Source: an uncultured Tenacibaculum sp. (GTDB taxonomy: Bacteria > Bacteroidota > Bacteroidia > Flavobacteriales > Flavobacteriaceae). Taken from it: a stretch of DNA of 64,000 nt. The notes under the pieces were generated by a model that worked only from the letters and a program-made list of their open reading frames with translations, was not told the DNA's origin and searched no databases. Of the stretch, positions 1 to 9,312 are shown in pieces (the first letter of the stretch is position 1; each line of letters opens with the position of its first letter). The position numbers and the translations under genes were made by a program. The DNA lies in NCBI GenBank assembly GCA_937922085.1, contig CAKZVD010000028.1:3542-67541 (forward strand), written 5' to 3'.

Positions 1-1899
1 TAATTTCATTATTTTTTCAGAAAGGTAAAAGGATTTACCTCTGTAAAAATATAATGAATCTCCTACATCATATAAATAAATAGTAGTTTCATTGTTAGCT
101 TTTATATAAGTAGCGAAATCTCTATAATTAATTAAATTTCTATTAAGAATAATTAAATGTTTCTCTGTATTGTTTTTAACGGTAACAGGATAGCCGTTTA
201 TATTGGCATGCATACGATCTCTAAAATATTTAGGGTAAGGATTTTCTCCATTTAGAATTGAATTAGAAACTTTTTTGGTTCCTGAAGAAGATTTTTGATT
301 TAATTTTTTAAAAAAAAGGTTTTTATTCTTATTCCAGTTTAAATTATACGCTATTTTTTCACCGATATTATCCTCAGTATCTTGTGTCGTATAATTATTA
401 ATAGAATTAGTTTTTAATGAAGATATTTTTTTTTGAACATTATTTTTAATAATATCGACTTCTATGTTATTAAAAATAATAGTATCATTTTTAATAAAAA
501 CACTTTTTTTAATACTATCAATTTTAGTATTTAAAATATATTTTTTTAATAATAATTCTCGATCTTTAGAAGTAATTTTATTAAAAAATCGTTCAGGGTT
601 CTGAACTCCATCAAATTCAGAAAAATCATTCCCTATATAAAAAATAAATTCACAACTGCTATCATATTTAATTTTTAGAGAATCTTTTTTTTGCACAAAG
701 ACAGCAGTTTTAAAATTATCAATTGGGTATTTTAAAAAAAGAATTAAAGATTTATTACTACTGTTATTAATAAGTATGGAATCTTTATACATAATGTTTC
801 TAGAATCTTTTATATTTAAGTGAGCAAGAGCATTAAAATTTAGAAAAGGTTCTTTTCCAGAAACTAAAGAGATCGTTTTTTTATTGTAATTTGGATCTTC
901 ATATTCTTCTGCAATATCATATAAATGTTCAATAAATTTAGCTTGTTTCTCTTCTACATATTTTTTAAGAATTGATTGTTGATTTTTAAGAATTTCTTTA
1001 TTATGATCAAAATTATAATTGGAGGTAGTATTATTACTTCTAGCTATTTTAGCAATACCCAAAACTATTGCTAAAATAAAAGCAATTGCTTTTATGACTA
1101 TGAAACCTGAATTATCTTCTTCAGGATCGTTTAAATTATTCTCTTTATAACCTAAATAAGACAATTTTTTAATTTGTTCATTAACATATTCATCTTCCGT
1201 TTCTATACTAGAAAATAAACGATATGCATTTTTGATTTTGTTATACTCACGATTATTTACCTGCGTTTTGTTATGATAATTGACTAAAGCATTTACATAA
1301 TCTATTTTGGTGTCTTTTATAATACTAATAGGTATTAAATTTAAAAGTAGAATATGTGTCTTATAAGTAACCTGAGGACATTTTTTATAAAGTTGTTTGG
1401 CTTTAGTAACTCGAATAATTTCTGTTAAAATTGAAGTTTGCTGATTAAGATAGTTATAACATTCTAATAAAATTTCATCAGTAAAAAGGTCTTTGTTTTT
1501 TAAAGCTTCAATAATAGTATCATATTTCTTATTCTGATAATCTTTTTTTAATAACGGAACAAAATATGCTTTTAAATAAGGGGTTAAAAAAGAAGAAAAA
1601 GTTGAAAGTTTATTCGAAAACTCGTTTTCAAAAAAAAAAGTTCTAGGACCATCATTTTTACCAGAACTTATAAATTCTTTAAAAGCAGGATGTTTTTCAA
1701 TAAAAATGATAACTCTTCTTTTTTCAATATCTTTAAGTTGATCTATTAAAAGATACAATTCTTCAATATTGTGAAAGTCTTCTTGTTGCTGAAGTTTTAA
1801 AATTTTTAAACGTTTCTCTAACCGAATTATATTTTTCTCGTTGATATTCTCTAATTCTTCAAGAGAAATGCCTAATAAATCAACAGGAGAAATATACAT
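1..1899 (-). CDS. Hypothetical membrane-anchored protein, 3'-truncated by the window edge; paralog of 1980..2897
   Basis: Not in the ORF track (no stop in window). Manual translation from ATG 1899 gives MYISPVDLLGISLEELENINEK..., open to base 1. TM segment IVIKAIAFILAIVLGIAKI near aa 270. Confidence 0.85.
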   Translation of the reverse strand, partial: MYISPVDLLGISLEELENINEKNIIRLEKRLKILKLQQQEDFHNIEELYLLIDQLKDIEKRRVIIFIEKHPAFKEFISSGKNDGPRTFFFENEFSNKLSTFSSFLTPYLKAYFVPLLKKDYQNKKYDTIIEALKNKDLFTDEILLECYNYLNQQTSILTEIIRVTKAKQLYKKCPQVTYKTHILLLNLIPISIIKDTKIDYVNALVNYHNKTQVNNREYNKIKNAYRLFSSIETEDEYVNEQIKKLSYLGYKENNLNDPEEDNSGFIVIKAIAFILAIVLGIAKIARSNNTTSNYNFDHNKEILKNQQSILKKYVEEKQAKFIEHLYDIAEEYEDPNYNKKTISLVSGKEPFLNFNALAHLNIKDSRNIMYKDSILINNSSNKSLILFLKYPIDNFKTAVFVQKKDSLKIKYDSSCEFIFYIGNDFSEFDGVQNPERFFNKITSKDRELLLKKYILNTKIDSIKKSVFIKNDTIIFNNIEVDIIKNNVQKKISSLKTNSINNYTTQDTEDNIGEKIAYNLNWNKNKNLFFKKLNQKSSSGTKKVSNSILNGENPYPKYFRDRMHANINGYPVTVKNNTEKHLIILNRNLINYRDFATYIKANNETTIYLYDVGDSLYFYRGKSFYLSEKIMKL

Positions 1900-1979
1900 G
1901 TGTATTAATATTGTTTAATTGTAAAAATATAGTAAATAAATTAACTCATTTAATCTTCTTAAAACTAATAAAAAGAAGT

Positions 1980-2897
1980 TTAATTTTTCTTTTTAAAGAA
2001 TGTTATTAATTTTTTTATTTCTTCTTTAGGATTAAGAATAAATAATATAATTTTAATTGGACTTATTAATAAAACTCTTAAAGGAGTTACTATTAAAATT
2101 TCAACAATTAAAGCTAAAATATGTTTAGGATTCTTTTTTATAGTTAAAAGAGGATTGTCCAAATAAGACAATTGATCAATTTGATTTTTTAAATCAGTAT
2201 CTTCTATAGAAATTCTAGAAAATAAGGTATATGCTTTTTTTATTTTTCTGTATTCAGAGCCAATTATGCTAATCTTATTTAAATGAGTCACTAATACTTT
2301 TACATATTCTAACTTTGAATCTTTTATAATACCATAAGGAATTGAGTTTAAAAGGTCAATATGAGTTTCATAAGTAATCTGAGGGCATTTTTTATACAAT
2401 TCATTAGAACCAGCAGCTTGTATTGTTTCTATAAGAATTTGTGTTTGGTGCTCTATATATTCATAAGATTTTAATAAAAGATCATCAGTGAAAATATCTT
2501 TACTTTTAAAAGCTTGAATAATTGTTTCATACTTTTTATTTTGATAATCCTTTTTTAGTAAAGGAATAAAATAATTTTCTAAATAAGGTTCTAAAGAAGA
2601 AGTGTAATCATTGATCATTTCCTCTGAAAAAAGAAATGTTTTAGGCCCATCATTTTTACCAGAGCTTAGAAACTTTTTAAAAGAAGGGTGTTTTTCTATA
2701 AATATAAAAAAGTTTCTTTTCTCTTTATCTTTTAGCTGGTTTATTAAAATATGTAATTGGTCAAAATTATAAAAGTTTTCTTCATTCTGAAGTTTTAAAA
2801 TTTTCAATCGTTTTTCTAATCTAATAGTACTTTTCTCATTAATGTTTTCTAGTTCTATAAGAGAAATATCTAATAAATCAATAGGAGAAATGTACAT
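1980..2897 (-). CDS. Hypothetical protein with C-terminal hydrophobic segment
   Basis: 305 aa ORF, collinear with the N-terminus of the adjacent paralog. Confidence 0.8.
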   Translation of the reverse strand: MYISPIDLLDISLIELENINEKSTIRLEKRLKILKLQNEENFYNFDQLHILINQLKDKEKRNFFIFIEKHPSFKKFLSSGKNDGPKTFLFSEEMINDYTSSLEPYLENYFIPLLKKDYQNKKYETIIQAFKSKDIFTDDLLLKSYEYIEHQTQILIETIQAAGSNELYKKCPQITYETHIDLLNSIPYGIIKDSKLEYVKVLVTHLNKISIIGSEYRKIKKAYTLFSRISIEDTDLKNQIDQLSYLDNPLLTIKKNPKHILALIVEILIVTPLRVLLISPIKIILFILNPKEEIKKLITFFKKKN

Positions 2898-2985
2898 ATT
2901 TATGGAGCAATTTTATTTTTAAAACCAAAAATAAAGAAATTAAAGTTTTATGATCTCTTAAAATCAATCTTTATATTTTTGCAAT

Positions 2986-4026
2986 ATGGAAGTAGATTAT
3001 ATTATAGTAGGACTTGGTTTAGCAGGATTGGCTTTTACAGAAGAACTAATTAAGAATAATAAAACATTTTTGGTTTTTGAAGATAGCTCTCAAAATTCAT
3101 CTAGTGTTGCTAGTGGAACTTATAACCCTGTTATTTTAAAACGATTTACAGCAGCATGGAATGGTCATGAACAGTTGCAATTAGCACTTCCTTTTTATGA
3201 AAAAATATTCAAAAAAATAGATAAAAATTTAGACACGAAATTTACAGCCAGGAAGGTGTTTAATTCTGTAGGTGATGAAAATAATTGGTTTACTGCTATA
3301 GATAAACCAACATTATCTAATTACATGCAACCAAAAATTTTAAAAGAAAAAATAAACGGAATTATAGGTGAGTTCGGTTTTGGTGAATTAAAAGGTATAG
3401 GAAGAATAGATACTAAAGAGTTAATAAAAAGATATCGATCGTATTTATCTCTAGATGAAAAGTTAAAAGAAGAGGAATTTGAATATAATGAGATTGATTT
3501 TTTAGAAGATGGTGTAAATTATAAAGGAATTTTAGCACGTAAAATAGTTTTTTGTGAAGGCTATGGATTAAAACAAAACCCTTTTTTTAATGAATTACCA
3601 TTAAATGGAACAAAAGGAGAAACAATGACAATTCATGCACCAGAATTAAAAATTGATTTCTTATTAAAATCGTCCATATTTGTAATACCTATAGGAAATG
3701 ATACTTATAAAGTAGGAGCTACATTTAATAGAAAAGATAAAACGTCAAAAACAACCGAAGAGGGAAGGCAAGAACTAATAGAAAAATTAGAGAAAACAAT
3801 TACAGTTCCTTATACAATTACAGAACAAAATGCTGGGGTTAGACCTACAGTAAAAGATCGTAGACCTTTAGTTGGTGTTCATGCAATACATTCACAATTA
3901 AATATTTTGAACGGGTTAGGAACTCGTGGAATAATGATTGCACCTACAATAGCTCTAAATTTGTTTAATCATTTAGAAAAAGGAGAAGAATTAGATAAAG
4001 AAATTGATATTAAACGATTTCTTTAA
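2986..4026 (+). CDS. FAD-dependent oxidoreductase (DAO/glycine oxidase family)
   Basis: N-terminal IIVGLGLAG Rossmann motif; GVRP and NGLGTRG motifs. Confidence 0.85.
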   Translation: MEVDYIIVGLGLAGLAFTEELIKNNKTFLVFEDSSQNSSSVASGTYNPVILKRFTAAWNGHEQLQLALPFYEKIFKKIDKNLDTKFTARKVFNSVGDENNWFTAIDKPTLSNYMQPKILKEKINGIIGEFGFGELKGIGRIDTKELIKRYRSYLSLDEKLKEEEFEYNEIDFLEDGVNYKGILARKIVFCEGYGLKQNPFFNELPLNGTKGETMTIHAPELKIDFLLKSSIFVIPIGNDTYKVGATFNRKDKTSKTTEEGRQELIEKLEKTITVPYTITEQNAGVRPTVKDRRPLVGVHAIHSQLNILNGLGTRGIMIAPTIALNLFNHLEKGEELDKEIDIKRFL

Positions 4027-4096
4027 CCTTAGTTAGATAGTAAAGAGGTTATTACTTGACCTTTTACATTTATAGAATAAAAACTGTTAATTTCTC

Positions 4097-4139
4097 TTAT
4101 TAAAGGCTAATAGTAAATAAAATTATTAGCCTTTAATAA
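4097..4139. terminator. Bidirectional hairpin between convergent genes
   Basis: ttattaaaggctaata...tattagcctttaataa inverted repeat. Confidence 0.6.
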
Positions 4140-4142
4140 AGA

Positions 4143-4526
4143 TTATTTAACAGGTTTTTTCTTTTGGTAACTTACAAATATGTTTATCCATATAATTCTA
4201 GATAAACGTAAAGTAAGAGGGGTTAATAAAACAGAAACTACAATTATAGAAATAAAACTTTGAAGAATAGTTAAGCCTATAAGTAGTTTGCAAATAATAA
4301 AAACAGATACAAATAAAGCAACAGCTAATCCGTAATTCACATACATAGCACCAAAAAAGAAAGAAGGTTCCATCATATATTTTAAATTACAATGAGAACA
4401 ATTATCATGCAACTTTGTTATTTTGTTTGGGTTTAAAGAAATTTTATGTTTAAAAAAATCACCTTCGTGACACCTAGGACACTTGTTTTTTAAAATACTG
4501 AAGAGTTTTGTTCCTTTGTTTAACAT
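4143..4526 (-). CDS. DUF983-family membrane protein
   Basis: KCPRCHEG / CSHC motifs followed by two TM helices. Confidence 0.75.
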   Translation of the reverse strand: MLNKGTKLFSILKNKCPRCHEGDFFKHKISLNPNKITKLHDNCSHCNLKYMMEPSFFFGAMYVNYGLAVALFVSVFIICKLLIGLTILQSFISIIVVSVLLTPLTLRLSRIIWINIFVSYQKKKPVK

Positions 4527-4659
4527 AGATTATATGATTTTAGATACCTCTCTATAGGTTCAGTTTTGTAAGTTTGTACAAATTTCAGAAAAATAAGTTT
4601 ATTACGTTTAAAAAAACGATAAAATATACTTATTTAACAATATCAATTTAAAATTACTC

Positions 4660-6579
4660 ATGTTAAACGTACATAATTTAACCGTTTCTTTTATGGGAAC
4701 AGATTTGTTCTCAGGTATTACATTTAAACTTAATAAAGGAGATAGAATTGGATTAATAGGAAAAAATGGAGCAGGAAAGTCTACGCTATTAAAAGTATTA
4801 TCTAAAGATATAGAAAGTAGTGGTGGTACCATGGCGTTTGATAAAGATGTTAGAATAGGTTTTCTTAGGCAGGATATCGATTTTGTAGAAGGAAGAACTA
4901 TTTTAGAGGAAGCATATCAAGCTTTTGAAGAAATAAAAGAAATAGAAGGGAAGTTAGAAGAAATAAACACCCAATTAGCTACAAGAACAGATTATGAAAG
5001 TGAAGCTTATAATCAATTAATTATTGATTTAAACGAGTTTACTGAACGTTACGAACTTTTAGGAGGATACAATTATCAAGGAGACACAGAAAAAATATTA
5101 CAAGGATTAGGTTTTCAACGTGAAGATTTTGATAAGCTAACCGATACTTTTTCTGGAGGATGGCGTATGCGTATTGAATTAGCAAAATTATTATTACAAG
5201 ATAATGATATTTTGTTATTAGATGAACCTACCAATCACTTAGATATAGAATCTATAGTCTGGTTAGAAAATTTTTTAAAGGGATATTCAGGAGCAATTGT
5301 ATTAGTATCTCACGATAAAATGTTTTTAGATAATGTAACAAATAGAACTATTGAAATTTCTTTAGGTCAAATTTACGATTATAAAAAACCTTATTCTCAG
5401 TTTTTACTATTGCGTGCAGAAATTAAAGAAAAACAATTACAAGCACAGAAAAACCAGGAAAAAGAAATAAAACAAAAGCAACACTTAATAGATAAATTCA
5501 AAGCAAAAGCAAGTAAAGCTTCAATGGCACAATCGCTAATGAAGCAATTAGACAAAGTACAACGTATTGAAGTAGACGGAGATGATAATGCAACGATGAA
5601 TGTTCGTTTTGCAATATCTAAAGAGCCAGGTAAAATTATTGTTGAAGCTGAAAAATTGACTAAAAACTATGGTGATAAACAAGTATTACATAATGTAGAT
5701 TTGTTAATAGAACGTAATAGTAAAATAGCTTTTGTTGGTCAGAATGGACAAGGAAAATCTACACTAGCAAAAATGATGGTTGGTGAAATTCCTTTTGAAG
5801 GACATTTAAAGTTAGGACATAATGTAGAAGTAGGTTATTTTGCTCAAAATCAATCGGAACATCTTCCACCAGAAAAGACAGTATTAGAAATCATGGAAGA
5901 TGCTGCTACAGATAGTAATCGTATGCGAGTTAGAGATATGCTAGGATCCTTTTTATTTGGAGGTGATGCTGCAGATAAAAAAGCAAAAGTACTGTCAGGA
6001 GGAGAACGAAATAGATTGGCTTTATGTAAATTATTATTATCACCATTTAATGTGTTAATAATGGATGAACCTACCAATCATTTAGATATAGCTTCTAAAA
6101 ATGTATTAAAGCAAGCATTACAGAATTTTAATGGAACATTAATCATTGTTTCTCATGATCGTGATTTTTTACAAGGACTTACTAAAACGGTATACGGATT
6201 TAAAGATAGAGAAATTACAGAATACTTAGGCGATATTGATTATTTCTTAGAACAGCATAAAATTGAAAACTTACGAGAAGCTGAAAAAAGAACAGTTGTT
6301 AAAGAGGTAAAAACAACTAGTAAAAAAGAAGGCTATAAACTATCTAGAGAAGAAGAGAAAGAATTAAAGAAATTAAAAAATAAATCTTCAAAAATTGAAA
6401 GGAATATTTCAGATTTAGAGGAAGAAATAACAAAAATTGATTTAGAATTAGCTCAGAATTACGATGAAGTATCTTCTCAACCTAATTTTTTTGAGAAGTA
6501 TAAAGCGAAAAAAGCTCAATTAGAAACATTAATGTTCGAATGGGAAGAAGTTGAAGAAAAAATAAGTGAATTTAATTAA
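4660..6579 (+). CDS. ABC-F family ATP-binding protein
   Basis: Two NBDs (GKNGAGKS, FSGGW, LLLDEPTNHLD; GQNGQGKS, LSGGE), no TM segments, coiled-coil tail. Confidence 0.95.
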   Translation: MLNVHNLTVSFMGTDLFSGITFKLNKGDRIGLIGKNGAGKSTLLKVLSKDIESSGGTMAFDKDVRIGFLRQDIDFVEGRTILEEAYQAFEEIKEIEGKLEEINTQLATRTDYESEAYNQLIIDLNEFTERYELLGGYNYQGDTEKILQGLGFQREDFDKLTDTFSGGWRMRIELAKLLLQDNDILLLDEPTNHLDIESIVWLENFLKGYSGAIVLVSHDKMFLDNVTNRTIEISLGQIYDYKKPYSQFLLLRAEIKEKQLQAQKNQEKEIKQKQHLIDKFKAKASKASMAQSLMKQLDKVQRIEVDGDDNATMNVRFAISKEPGKIIVEAEKLTKNYGDKQVLHNVDLLIERNSKIAFVGQNGQGKSTLAKMMVGEIPFEGHLKLGHNVEVGYFAQNQSEHLPPEKTVLEIMEDAATDSNRMRVRDMLGSFLFGGDAADKKAKVLSGGERNRLALCKLLLSPFNVLIMDEPTNHLDIASKNVLKQALQNFNGTLIIVSHDRDFLQGLTKTVYGFKDREITEYLGDIDYFLEQHKIENLREAEKRTVVKEVKTTSKKEGYKLSREEEKELKKLKNKSSKIERNISDLEEEITKIDLELAQNYDEVSSQPNFFEKYKAKKAQLETLMFEWEEVEEKISEFN

Positions 6580-6586
6580 TTTGAAA

Positions 6587-7165
6587 ATGAGAAAAAATTT
6601 ATTAGTAGTAATTATTAGTGTTTTTTTATTTGCCTGTAGTGATTCTGAAAATGTAGAAGATTCAGTAAAAATAGATATTGTAACTGGAATTAATTTAGTT
6701 GATACTTCAGGTTTGCCAATCGGAGTATATGGAAATCCAAATACTTTATTAAAAGAGCAAATGGCATCAAAAGCGATAAATAAAAAAGACCCTATATCAA
6801 TAGATGATATTGATAGTAATAGAGTTACTGTATATCCTACAAATGTTAACACTATTTTTAATGTTGTAAGTACTATGAATATTAAAAATATATGGCTAAT
6901 TAAGGCGTCACCTGTACATAGTTTTCAAAATGTTATTTTTAATAAATTACTATCTATCGAAACTTATGATAGTAAAGAAATAAAATCAAGAGCATTTAAA
7001 GAATTTAATGTTCAAGGAAATGGTAATTTACAAGTTAACGTTTCTGATTTTTCTAAAGGATATTATAGAGTTTTTGTAGAATTAGAAGGAGGGAATATCT
7101 TTTGGGAGAATATTAGTGTAGGATACATTTCAGAAAGTGAAATAGATTTTTGGTCTAGAAATTAA
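6587..7165 (+). CDS. Hypothetical lipoprotein
   Basis: Lipobox LFAC after the probable ATG start at 6587. Confidence 0.7.
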   Translation: MRKNLLVVIISVFLFACSDSENVEDSVKIDIVTGINLVDTSGLPIGVYGNPNTLLKEQMASKAINKKDPISIDDIDSNRVTVYPTNVNTIFNVVSTMNIKNIWLIKASPVHSFQNVIFNKLLSIETYDSKEIKSRAFKEFNVQGNGNLQVNVSDFSKGYYRVFVELEGGNIFWENISVGYISESEIDFWSRN

Positions 7166-7175
7166 GAGTTTGTTT

Positions 7176-8111
7176 ATGTTTCATGATACTATTAAAACTT
7201 ATAACCAACAAGTTATTTTTCCTTTTTTAGAAGAAAAAAACATAGAATTGTGGGTTAAAAGAGAAGATTTAATTCATGAATTTGTGTCTGGTAACAAGTT
7301 TAGAAAACTAAAGTATAATATTATAGAGGCACAAGAGCAAGGAAAGAAAACACTATTAACTTTTGGAGGTGCCTATTCGAATCATATTGTAGCTACAGCT
7401 GTAGCAGGCAAATTATCTGGTTTTAATACTATTGGTGTAATAAGAGGTGAAGAGTTAGGAAATAATTTAGAAAAAACATTAGCAAACAATAAAACATTAA
7501 ATCATTCGTATAAAAATGGAATGAATTTTGAATTTGTTTCGAGAGAAAATTATTCAAAAAAGCACGAACTGGAGTTCATTGATTTATTAAAGGAGAAGTA
7601 TGGTGATTTTTATTTGATACCTGAAGGAGGTACCAATGAGTTAGCAATAAAAGGCTGTGAAGAAATACTGTTAACTGAAGATGAAAAATTCGACTATATT
7701 TGTGTTGCTGTTGGTACTGGAGGAACAATTTCTGGTATTTTAAAAGCAACTGAAAAGCATCAGAAAGTATTAGGTTTTTCAGCTTTAAAAGGAGATTTTT
7801 TAAAGAATGATATTGAACAGTTAGTACCATTTTATGAAAATTGGGAATTGATAACAGATTATCATTTTGGAGGATATGCAAAATACAATTCTGAATTGAT
7901 CAGTTTTTTAAATCAATTTAAGAAAGAAACGAATATTTTGTTAGATCCAATTTATACAGGAAAAATGATGTTTGGAGTATTAGAATTGATAAAAAAGAAC
8001 AAAATAAAAGGAGGAAGTAAAGTTTTAGCAATTCATACAGGAGGAGTACAAGGTATAGCTGGAATAAATAAAAAATTACAAAAAAGAGGTTTAGATTTAA
8101 TTAAGGTATAA
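7176..8111 (+). CDS. D-cysteine desulfhydrase / ACC deaminase family PLP enzyme
   Basis: KRED...SGNKFRKL, TFGGAYSNH, GTGGT, DPIYTGK, HTGG. Confidence 0.9.
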   Translation: MFHDTIKTYNQQVIFPFLEEKNIELWVKREDLIHEFVSGNKFRKLKYNIIEAQEQGKKTLLTFGGAYSNHIVATAVAGKLSGFNTIGVIRGEELGNNLEKTLANNKTLNHSYKNGMNFEFVSRENYSKKHELEFIDLLKEKYGDFYLIPEGGTNELAIKGCEEILLTEDEKFDYICVAVGTGGTISGILKATEKHQKVLGFSALKGDFLKNDIEQLVPFYENWELITDYHFGGYAKYNSELISFLNQFKKETNILLDPIYTGKMMFGVLELIKKNKIKGGSKVLAIHTGGVQGIAGINKKLQKRGLDLIKV

Positions 8112-8113
8112 AA

Positions 8114-8998
8114 ATGAGATTTAGAATATTTTTTTTATCGTTAATAGTATTAACGTTGGCAAGTTGTGGTTCTAAAAGGCAAATAGTAACTAAAACACCA
8201 CCTAAGCCAATAATAGTAAATGAACCTGAAGAAAAAGCAGTAGCTATTCCAAAGGTAGAACCTAAGAAGAAGAAAAAATATACTAAAAAATCATATACTG
8301 AAACTACAACCGATTATATAGAAAAATTTGCTCCTATTGCGGTAAGAGAAATGCATAAATATAAAATACCAGCAAGTATAACTTTAGCACAAGGTATTTT
8401 AGAATCAGGTAGTGGTAGAAGTAACTTATCAGTTCGTTCTAATAATCATTTCGGAATTAAATGTCATAGGGGATGGAAAGGAAAAAGAGTAACACATGAT
8501 GATGATGAAAAAGGAGAATGTTTTAGAAAGTATAAATATCCTGAAAAATCATATGAAGATCATTCTACTTTTTTAACAACAAGAAAAAGATATGCAAAAT
8601 TATTTAGATTAAGAGCTACAGATTATAAAGGATGGGCTTATGGTTTAAAAAGAGCAGGTTATGCAACAGATAGAAAATATCCTAATAAATTAATAGCATT
8701 AATAAAGAAATTTGGTTTAGATAAATATGATAGAGGTAATAAAAAAAGTATCATAAAAAAAAGGAAAACATCTACACCTATTGTAACTAATTACCCTAAG
8801 AAAAAAAAGGATACTACTAGAAGCTCTTCCGTATCAAATGTAGATGATACAAATACTCGTTTTTATTACAAAGTAATTAAAGGAGATACATTGTATTCTA
8901 TATCAAGAAAATTTAAAGTGCCATTAAAACAATTAAAAAAACTTAATGGAATAATAAGTAATAATATAAGTATTGGCCAAGAGTTAATATTAAAATGA
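8114..8998 (+). CDS. Glucosaminidase (GH73) + LysM lipoprotein
   Basis: Lipobox LASC; AQGILESG, NNHFGIKC, GYATD; C-terminal LysM (KGDTLYSIS). Confidence 0.9.
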   Translation: MRFRIFFLSLIVLTLASCGSKRQIVTKTPPKPIIVNEPEEKAVAIPKVEPKKKKKYTKKSYTETTTDYIEKFAPIAVREMHKYKIPASITLAQGILESGSGRSNLSVRSNNHFGIKCHRGWKGKRVTHDDDEKGECFRKYKYPEKSYEDHSTFLTTRKRYAKLFRLRATDYKGWAYGLKRAGYATDRKYPNKLIALIKKFGLDKYDRGNKKSIIKKRKTSTPIVTNYPKKKKDTTRSSSVSNVDDTNTRFYYKVIKGDTLYSISRKFKVPLKQLKKLNGIISNNISIGQELILK

Positions 8999-9029
8999 AA
9001 AAAAGAGTAGGTATTCCTACTCTTTTTTT
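8998..9029. terminator. Bidirectional intrinsic terminator
   Basis: aaaaaaagagtagg-tatt-cctactcttttttt. Confidence 0.8.
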
Positions 9030-9119
9030 ATAATCTACTTTCCCCTCTTCAATTATATGATTTCAAGTTTTGTTACATAGCTTTTGAAATCTTTGGATCT
9101 TTATTCAAATTTGTATACT

Positions 9120-9208
9120 CAAAACTAAGCTTAACTTTTTTCTTAAAAAAGCGTAGATGAGTAAACAGTCTTTTTTAATTAGTGAATGATGTTTGAAAAT
9201 GAGTAAAC
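9120..9208 (-). promoter_or_regulatory. Putative LytTR direct-repeat operator plus minus-strand -7 element
   Basis: ATGAGTAAAC at 9157 and 9199, ATTAGTGAAT at 9178 (21-bp period); TAGTTTTG on the minus strand at 9120-9127. Confidence 0.55.
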
Positions 9209-9312
9209 CTTTGTTTTTTATGTTTTTTTAAATCTAAATAGCTGAAAAGGTATTTTTTTTATTGATTTTTTGGTGATAAGTTTACATATAATTTAAAGAG
9301 AACATATAAAAA

